The notes beneath the pieces were generated by a model that had not been told where the DNA came from, ran no database searches, and saw nothing but the letters and a program-made list of their open reading frames with translations. Positions 55,800 to 64,000 of a stretch of DNA of 64,000 nucleotides are shown here, in pieces. Source of the DNA: Trichoplax sp. H2 (lineage: Eukaryota); contig NOWV01000020.1 of NCBI GenBank assembly GCA_003344405.1, forward strand, positions 434,001 through 498,000. Reading direction: 5' to 3'. Numbering within the stretch: position 1 is the stretch's first letter; every line of letters starts with the position of its first letter. Made by a program: the position numbers and the translations under genes.

Positions 55800-58016
55800 T
55801 TAAAAATCAATTTGACACCTAAAATGAAATTGGAATTTATTAGCTTTGACTGCTAGCCTTGTTGCATCCTTGGATTTAATCTTTTGACTAATTTCACGGA
55901 CTTTGTTATGTCGCTTTATAAATGACTTTGATAGAGCAGCAGTAGTATTCCATCCTATTACTTGGTACTGAGACATCAAGTTACTCTTAATTGCTCGTTT
56001 TTCAGCAGGCGTCATGGCTGGAAGATTGGAAAATTGTTGCTTATAAAATACTCTTAATGATCGATGGCCTATACGATTTCCGTTGGGTAGTATCAGCGTC
56101 ATGCCATCATCAGATAACTGAATGTCTTTAGCAACAGCAGCAACGTCTTCATCTTCATCCTAAAGGAATATAATTATTGGTTATCAGGACGAAATAAACT
56201 AATAAAGGGTACGTATATACCTTTTATACTTTGTTATAACAATTACTAGGTTAGGCAATTCTAATCTACACCATATAGCATGATGTAGCATGAGCGAATT
56301 AGCTTTAAATTAGTCGCTACTATACAGGTATTCTACGTATTGTTAAATATCGTAAGAATTACTGCAGCTAAGGTTTACGAACGAACGTTCTTCAGGCAAC
56401 AACTTACGCCTTCTACATGGTCTGGATAACTACTACTAAAATCGTAGAAGTCGGAATATTCAAGCATTGATTCTTCATCATCGGAAAATTTACAATGTCC
56501 TGTAAATAAAGATAAGATATGAGTCTAAAATATACGTCATGTCTAGTTCTTATCTAGCATCAAATTTGGGTTTAAAACTTTGTGTCGTGTTGTTACGATA
56601 AATGATACTAAAATTAGCAAATACACTTGGGCAGTGTCTAGTTTCTTACAACGCAAAGCAGCAATAAATTGACTGGTCTTCTTTAGCATTAATTAGCATA
56701 AGACAAGTACTAATTGTAAGTACTGTACAGCGGATGTGGAGAATCTCTTACAGGTAATGTAAAGCCATGAAAACTAATCTATATAAGGGGTACAGCATCT
56801 TGTCGTATCGAGAAATGTTCTTTACGCTTTGTAGATCATAATAATNNNNNNNNNNNNNNNNNNNNTAAAGATAAGATATGAGTCTAAAATATACGTCATG
56901 TCTAGTTCTTATCTAGTATCAAATTTGGGTTTAAAACTTTGTGTCGTGTTGTTACGATAAATGATACTAAAATTAGCAAATACACTTGGGCAGTGTCTAG
57001 TTTCTTATAACGCAAAGCAGCAATAAATTGACCGCAGCATTGTACCCGTACTAGTGCTTGATAACTCCCTAAAACAGGCACTTCAAAATTGTCTGGTCTT
57101 CTTTAGCATTAATTAGCATAAGACAAGTACTAATCGTAAGTACTGTACAGCGGATGTGGAGAATCTCTTACAGGTAATGTAAAGCCATGAAAACTAATCT
57201 ATATAAGGGGTACAGCATCTTGTCGTATCGAGAAATGTTCTTTACGCTTTGTAGATCATAATAATTGAGTAATCGAACATGTATACGTCATTCATAGCCA
57301 TAGTATTCTAACCTACCTTTGTCAAGCATGTGATTTTTCACCGCTTCTAAGGTCTGAAATGCCTTTCCTTTATCGTTGCAATATAAACACTCGCATCCAA
57401 TTGATATCTTTTGACATAAATATTCCATAAAGCCTTCAATATTCGTTAAGTATTGGATATTGGGTATAAAAAAACTGTGCGATCGCATCATATGTCGTAA
57501 ATTGGACTGGAGATTAACACTTTCATGTGAACAAAATAAGCAATCATTAATCGTTAATTGGTATTCTTCAATTTCCTCCTCGTCATGACTTTCTTCTTGA
57601 CGCTCTTCTTCCACGCTGGATTTTTCTTGATGGTTTTCAGTTTTTGTTTCATCAGTTCTTTTCGACTTTGATTTCAACACATAATCGCGGTGTTTTTTTG
57701 ATTTTAAATGATTTTCTAAAGTGGATTGGTTGTTAAAATATTTCTTACAGGAATTACAAGCATAACCATGATTCTGTTGATTGACTTCATTTTGAGCTCG
57801 ATCCCTGGCTGCTAATACCCGAACTTGAAAATCTGCAGCTGTTACTGCTGGCATATTAGCTACCTTACGCTTTAAATTGTACCGGTGCCAATCCGATTTA
57901 TAATGAGCGCGTTGTAGCTCTGCTTCACGAAAAGCTATACCGCATGCCAGGCATGTATATTTCTTGTTGCTATTTGCCGAGATGTCGGATGAAGAATCCT
58001 CTTGTATTTCCATCAT
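55800..58016 (-). CDS. ZNF622: Zinc finger protein 622 / Rei1 (pre-60S maturation factor), 3 exons (58016-57317, 56499-56408, 56159-55800)
   Basis: YTCLACGIAF...QRAHYKSDWHRYNLKRKVA, CNSCKKYF...NHLKSKKH, HMMRSHSFFIP, HMLDKG|HCK, YSDFYDFSSSYP, LPNGNRIGHRSLRVFYKQ. Confidence 0.96.
56507..57265. repeat. Direct duplication flanking a 20-N gap in ZNF622 intron 1 (56507-56845 vs 56866-57265); probable uncollapsed haplotypes
   Basis: Near-identical copies abut the gap and differ by SNPs and a ~61-bp indel. Confidence 0.9.
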
Positions 58017-58114
58017 GATTTGTGCACTGGAGAACAAGTGTTGCGTTGCTTGAGTTATAAGTCAAGAAAATCTGACTCAGCACAACCAGTCTATCTATTA
58101 ATAGTACATTTCAT

Positions 58115-58570
58115 TTCTACAGTATAGTACGGGAATATGCCCAGTCAGGGAAAGTTGTACGCATGCGCTATACAGTACGTAGTGTCATGCGCGAGGGATC
58201 TAGTACCATGTGATGTCATTCCATCATGCAGTCAGTAGTGGTACTGTGGACGTTAGCCAGTTTTAATGAACGAACGTACGAACGTCCAATTTGAACGTCG
58301 GACGTTCATTGAACTGTACCAACGTACAGTACAGTGTTAACAGTGTACACTGTACTGTGCAGTACGGTATAAGACTATACAGTACTATACAGTATACTGT
58401 ATAGTATTGGGGTGGGATTATACAAACTGACTGTATACACTGTACTGTACACTGTACACTGTACAGTGCAGTTCGTCGACGTCCGATCTGACAACGAACG
58501 TACATACCGAACGTCCAAAATCGAACGTCCGTTGGACGTCCAATCGCTCGACGTCTACAGCACTAGTCAG
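58115..58570. promoter_or_regulatory. TACAG/CTGTA island with GAACGTCC repeats upstream of ZNF622
   Basis: Motif cluster 100-550 bp upstream of the ATG. It also contains an NRF1-like CGCATGCGC at ~58160. Confidence 0.6.
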
Positions 58571-59688
58571 TAGTGCGTACGTAGAAGTCCCTGATGAAAG
58601 CTTCAGACGAACAGACATTTTTACAAGATACCAACTCAAAGTTGGAAATATCGAAAAATAGCGCACTTAATATGCATTTCTTAGTCACTGGCACCCTAAT
58701 TAAAAACATTTATGGCGTTATTTAAGTACTTTTATGTAGAAGTTAGCCACATAGAATTCATTGAAATATTACTTAATTTCTTGTATAGTATACTGTACAG
58801 TATCGTCGACTCGTGGACTACTCCTGTACTAGAAAAAAATCGAGCGAGATTCTTGTAATTTTCTATCTACAGTCATAGGCTACTAAATACTTTGCGGAAG
58901 TATTTACTAGTTTAGGCTACAGTATACGAGTAGTATGCTAACGTAGTCATTTTTGATATTTAGTTGCTTAAGTAAGAGCGAAGAATGAAGATAGGCTACA
59001 ATAAAGAGTCAGGGACTGTATTAATTATAGTATTTGTAGCTGTTTTCAACAAGTGATACACAGTATAAGCATATTACATATTATTATACTCTCTACCACT
59101 CCTCACCCAACCTTATCGAGCAATATTCTGGATTTCATATTACGAGATTGTAGCACAAGCAATAGCATGAACTATTGACCACAGATTAATGCGTTCACAT
59201 GTAGAGTTGTTACTACTGAATCGTAGATAGCAAAGAGCAAGTTTCGTAAAGCAGTTGGGATAGAAAGTCACTAACTTCTACAGTAATTCCGGATACCTCT
59301 CAAATGATACTCCAGGTTTGATTGAACAGTACAGATATTACTTCTCTACGCGTATCTAGTAGAACTTGCATATGTAAAGTTTACGTGATAAATCATGCCC
59401 TACTGCATGAGTACTATCAATTGGTGCTATTCGTCATCTGAAGATTGATAGTTCAGTGCTATACATTTAATAATCAACAACGTTCGCTGAACAACAAACA
59501 ACCTAAATAGTCTGTGCAAGGTAATCGTCCTTAATGAATAACCTTCACGATCATTTGGTAAATCAGAATAAACTAACATGTTGTTGGCAATCAACTTGTA
59601 CACGCATTTAAAACACTCACAGTATAAGTTTTCTTTTATTTTACATAAACAATGATGCTAACAATGAACATATCAGGTGAAAAATTAT

Positions 59689-60372
59689 CTATCGAAATCT
59701 CTTCAACTGTAGAGTGTTACGACGCTTCCAACCGCCTCTACGAGAGCTACCAATAACCTTGGTGTAACGATGACCCTTGCCCAAACCACGGTTTTTCCTT
59801 CCTGCTGAAGTCAGGCCACGTAATTCACGATGTTTATGAACAGGATTACATATCCAGTTGATACGTGCATCACGGGTAATAGCCTTGTGAGCAGGATCAA
59901 CCACAATTACTTCATAATATTTATAAACAGAGTCTTCGCATACCCAGTAAGAATTGAGTACACGTAAGCCGCCACAGGCACGACCGACACGCTCCTGGAA
60001 AATGAAGTGACAATTCAATTATTGACAAATAACAAGCAACGATCAAGTGGGTTTAGAAATTACCTCAGCAACAGATTGTAAACTTCTTTGAAATTTGAGC
60101 TGGTTTACACCCTGGTTGGTAGGTTTACCCATTGTTGCACCTTTCCTGACCATACGCTTACGACCACCACGTCGTACTCGAGCACGATAGATGACATAGC
60201 CTTGCTTAGCTTTGTAGCCAAGTTTTCGTGCTCTATCAGGACGTGTTGGATGATTGACACGGTGCACGGATGCCAACTGACGGTAGTACCAGGTGCGGAT
60301 ACGCATCGTGTATCGCAACAAGTCAGATTGTTTCTTTTTATGCAATTCTTCTAAATACCTGTATGCTCCCAT
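59689..60372 (-). CDS. RPL15: 60S ribosomal protein L15 (eL15), 204 aa, coding intron at 59995-60063
   Basis: [17 protein letters not shown]...[17 protein letters not shown]...[22 protein letters not shown]...[13 protein letters not shown]. The spliced length is 204 aa. Confidence 0.99.
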
Positions 60373-61571
60373 TTCGTTATAACTACAAATAACTAGAAAA
60401 AAGAAAAGGAGTTTACACAAGGTAAATTGTCTAATCGCTAAAGGCGTATCATAATCTGCAATAAAACAAGAATGAATGTATGACTATTTTAATGGCAGTT
60501 ATCATTGTCAAATACACCCATACAATGGCGATAGACATGTTCATTTAATTGAAGGTATACAATATGTGGATCACCTAGAAGTGCAGAGATATGCATACAA
60601 ATGACTGGCTACTGTAGGCATAGGATTTGCTAGTCTAAACTTTAAATGCCAAGAAAATACACCAGTATAGCGATTTTCCATAACATGAAAAGCAATCTAA
60701 GCACAGTAGAGTGTACTCTTCAATCGGTGAAACTTTCTAACCTATTGATTCGTCATTTTCACAACACGCAGTATAGCAAAACTCTGTTTCAATAGGTTAA
60801 GGTGCTACTCTAATAGCTGCGAGTTCAACCCTTGGTCGATTCATGGGTAGACAGTAGCAACACGATTAAGACTACCGCAAGTGAAGGTATTTAAAAGTCG
60901 GTGGTTTACAATTAAAATAAGTCCAGTACTGTATATATCTTCCATCATGCTGAAAATACAGCGCAACTTTTCTCATTTTTCAATAACAATATTTCCCTGG
61001 TCTACATGGACAAAAGCTGCAAGCTTTTAGACAAGAACAATTTCAATTTCTGCATGCAGTTGCTGTACTGTTTAATTATATACAGTGTTGGCTGTAACAT
61101 TTTCTGATCTCTCGCATTTGCAAACCTTGGAGAAGCTGCATGCAATTCGATACTTTGTATGCTTGTACAGTACTGAATCTAGTAAGTGGCGTACTCTACT
61201 TGCTTAACGATTACGGAAAGATTGGTAACAAAAGATGAAAATATGACATCTTACAACTCTGACACTTTCAAATGGCTAGAAGATAACCTACTCGACAACT
61301 AGGTAGTTTACTACAAAGTCTAATAGATTCTTTATGGCCAATGTATTTGATAGTGATCTATCAAGTGTACAAGTGGTAGTGAGATTGATTGTGTTGTGTA
61401 ATGTCAAAAGTGCAGGACTTAAAATCATCAACAGCAAAAATAAGCGAGTTATCGGGACGAATTGATTTTAAAAATGGTTGTGGAACATCATTAGAAAGTT
61501 AATTTTTAAAATTTGACGAACAAATATGAACGATGGTGTTTTAGCTGTTTGATTTTTCAAAGATATCTTAC

Positions 61572-61590
61572 CGACGGCCAAGGAAAAGAT
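61572..61590 (-). promoter_or_regulatory. Polypyrimidine (TCT/5'TOP) initiator and non-coding first exon of RPL15
   Basis: The minus strand reads ...catCTTTTCCTTGGCCGTCG|GTAAGA, a pyrimidine start followed by a strong donor. Pyrimidine-rich acceptors lie just upstream of the ATG (~60383-60395). Confidence 0.75.
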
Positions 61591-61664
61591 GGATGCACGT
61601 CGTCGATTTCTCGATAAACGTCGCAGAAGGAAGGAGGCGAGAAGCGCACATGCGTATATAGTGA

Positions 61665-62160
61665 ATAACAGTACTGTACACCGTACAGTGTACTGTACTG
61701 TAGAGGTACAGTACGTACTGTACAGTACAGTACAAAGAAAAGAAGGCAGTTTTTACTATTTTACCATACTGTACTGAGTACTGACTGCCTGTTCTGTACA
61801 CTGTACAGTACTGTACTGTAGTCTGTAGGAACCAGAATGAACTGTGGAACTCAATTGTTGCTCTACACTAGTTAAAAGTTGCCCACTTGCATTGAGGACA
61901 TGCACACTATTACACATTACAGCAGGATACTGTACACTGTACGGTATGCCGCTTGCCAGCCAACATCATGCGGTAAAGAACACTACAGTACTATCTCGGT
62001 AACTTTAGCAGACACTATGTACTGTACGGCAGTATGGGATTCTACAGTACACTGTACAGTAGAATTTGCACTCTACAGTACAGTACAGTACAGTACAGTA
62101 CAGTACTGTAGAATTCTGTGTACAGTACAGGATGTAGAAATGCTCTTTCACAACTGTGCA
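61665..62160. promoter_or_regulatory. TACAG/CTGTA island upstream of RPL15, including a (TACAG)6 microsatellite at 62074-62103
   Basis: Starts ~80 bp upstream of the inferred TCT start site. Confidence 0.6.
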
Positions 62161-63090
62161 GATTCTACTGGGTAAAGTTGTCCCTTTTGGGCCACCGTAC
62201 GGCAGTACCTAGAGTACCTGTGTTGGTTCAAATCACGACTCTACGTCAAAAATTTGACAAAATCAAATTCATATTCAGGTACTCAAATGGGTCTTGTATC
62301 TCAACATCAATGAATATTGTACGCAGTGCAAAATTGAAGCTTCAAATTTTGTTTTGATTAAGAAGCGAATTCAAAGGTACAGTACCGTCATAGACTGACT
62401 ACTCAAGAAAAACTTGGATTACTTTCTCTCACTCCTCTAAAAGGAAGTTTTTCTTTTTCCAAGAGAAAGAAAGTAACCCATTTTTTCCTGATTGGTCCCT
62501 GCCACAGGATTCCATTGGACACAGCAAGCAACGGCGCCTTGCCATGTGATCTACTGTACAGTGTACAGTACAAAACGTACATGAACTCAGTGACTCCGAA
62601 AGTGCGAATATTGATTGTACTGTACTGTACAGTGTCACTATCATGAAAAGCGAGTACTGTACTCTGTACAGAACGCCCGTCTGCACTTACAGTACAGTAC
62701 TGGACGCCCAGGCCAGGCCAGGATAGGATAGGATAGGATTTATTATGGGATAAGTACAGTACAAGTACTGTAAAGGGAAGGGCGTGTCCCACGCCCATTG
62801 CGCTGTCAATCACCTACGATTTCTCTATTGTACCGCCCACTACAGTACAACTCTACAGTGTGCAGTACTGTCATACTGTAAAGTTCAGTCAACTCTATTT
62901 ATTTACAGTACAAAGCAAACTACAAGCACCCTGCAGTGTAGTCCAAATTGCCAGCTGATTGTTCACATGGGAGACACTGTACTGTATACGGATTGCAGTA
63001 TCGATCACTATTCGAGCGTTCAACGTACTGATACTTTATTATTTATTGTCGCTGCTGCTGCTACTGCTGCCACGGTCGAGTCATGCCGTT

Positions 63091-63428
63091 CAACACGACT
63101 CCATCTACAGTACTGTACGTACAGCAGTACAGTTACAGTAGTCATCCCGCTCAACACGTCAATCGTCTTGCAACACGATTCCATCTACAGTACGTACAGC
63201 AGTACAGTTACAGTAGTCATCCCGCTCAACACGTCAATCGTCTTGCAACACGACTCCATCTACAGTACGTACACCAGTACAGTTACAGTAGTCATCCCGC
63301 TCAACACGTCAATCGTCTTGCAACACGACTCCATCTACAGTACGTACAGCAGTACAGTTACAGTAGTCATCCCGCTCAACACGTCAATCGTCTTGCAACA
63401 CGACTCCATCTACAGTACGTACACCACA
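63091..63428. repeat. 75-bp tandem minisatellite, ~4.4 near-identical copies
   Basis: Unit caacacgactccatctacagtacgtacagcagtacagttacagtagtcatcccgctcaacacgtcaatcgtcttg starts at 63091 (with a 5-nt insertion), 63171, 63246, 63321 and partially at 63396. Confidence 0.97.
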
Positions 63429-64000
63429 GTAAATCGCTTGCAAGGCATCACAGTCAACGTTGGACATGAGCTTACACGTACCGTCACTCTCGATCAGCTG
63501 ATGACACCCAATGATGACGGAGGCTTCTTTAATAACGCCATCTTAAAACTAATATTGACATAACATCACATTTCCTTAGCTGATTCTTGCTTCTAAATCC
63601 TTCAGGATAAGGATAGCATTGAGTGGAATTCTCACTGCTTAAGCTTGGATCGAGCTATTTGGCCTGATCAGACATTAAATTGCATTGGTTCTGCTCCTTT
63701 GGCGTACACGTACAAGCGTAGAAGAGAGACGGGCTTACGACACGGCCGACCCAAGCCAGTCGTTGACTTGGACATGACCATGACCGACGAAAATTTTCTG
63801 TAAGTAGAGATCCATTGAAATGGCCAAAAGGAGAAGAAATAACTACTAGGGTTGTTCTTCTCTTTGTACAATACTTGAGTACTAGTCTATCGTTGAAGAG
63901 AACAAGATTCAAACAGGACTTTTACTAGGCAAAATGAAAACGATAAAGAAGCAATTTGAATTGTCATACAGTAACCGACTTGACAGGTCCTCGTTACAGT

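Noticed and set aside
58591..58660. CTGATGA...GAAA hammerhead ribozyme-like or C/D box-like core
   Set aside because: No stem II closes directly between CTGATGA and GAAA, no stems I/III are evident, and there is no suitably placed D box.
55800..60372. ZNF622 (60S maturation factor) adjacent to RPL15 as an operon-like unit
   Set aside because: Each gene has its own promoter island and they are ~1.7 kb apart. Adjacency alone is not evidence of co-transcription.
60780..60845. tRNA-like segment (GGTTAAG...GAGTTCAACCC) antisense in the RPL15 intron
   Set aside because: The acceptor and D stems do not pair and the anticodon loop is non-canonical. At most a decayed relic; tRNAscan-SE would settle it.
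63091..63428. Possible CRISPR array
   Set aside because: The units repeat in full with no unique spacers, the context is eukaryotic, and there are no cas genes. It is a minisatellite.

Overview
AT-rich, compact, intron-dense eukaryotic (animal) genomic DNA, not prokaryotic. Most introns are about 70-200 nt. The compactness and protein sequences fit an early-branching metazoan such as a placozoan (Trichoplax-like); this is inference, not verified. Eleven protein-coding genes were reconstructed by hand, splicing exons at least in part: CNOT4 (5'-truncated, +), CABIN1 (-), NUP35 (+), SF3A1 (-), a short PHF13/PHF23-like PHD protein (+), NCKAP1/Hem (+), METTL1 (-), NTMT1 (+), an intronless tropomyosin (-), ZNF622 (-) and RPL15 (-). 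The most striking unexplained structure is a set of dense islands of TACAG/CTGTA pentamers and GTAC-centred palindromes. They sit just upstream of nearly every housekeeping gene start, and some form foldbacks or a 75-bp minisatellite. Other points: a U12-type (minor spliceosome) first intron in SF3A1, two probable GC-AG introns, a 17-nt TCT/5'TOP leader exon for RPL15, NUP35-NCKAP1 linkage as recalled for human 2q32, and two duplications flanking N-gaps that look like uncollapsed haplotypes. Most short ORFs in the track are spurious.
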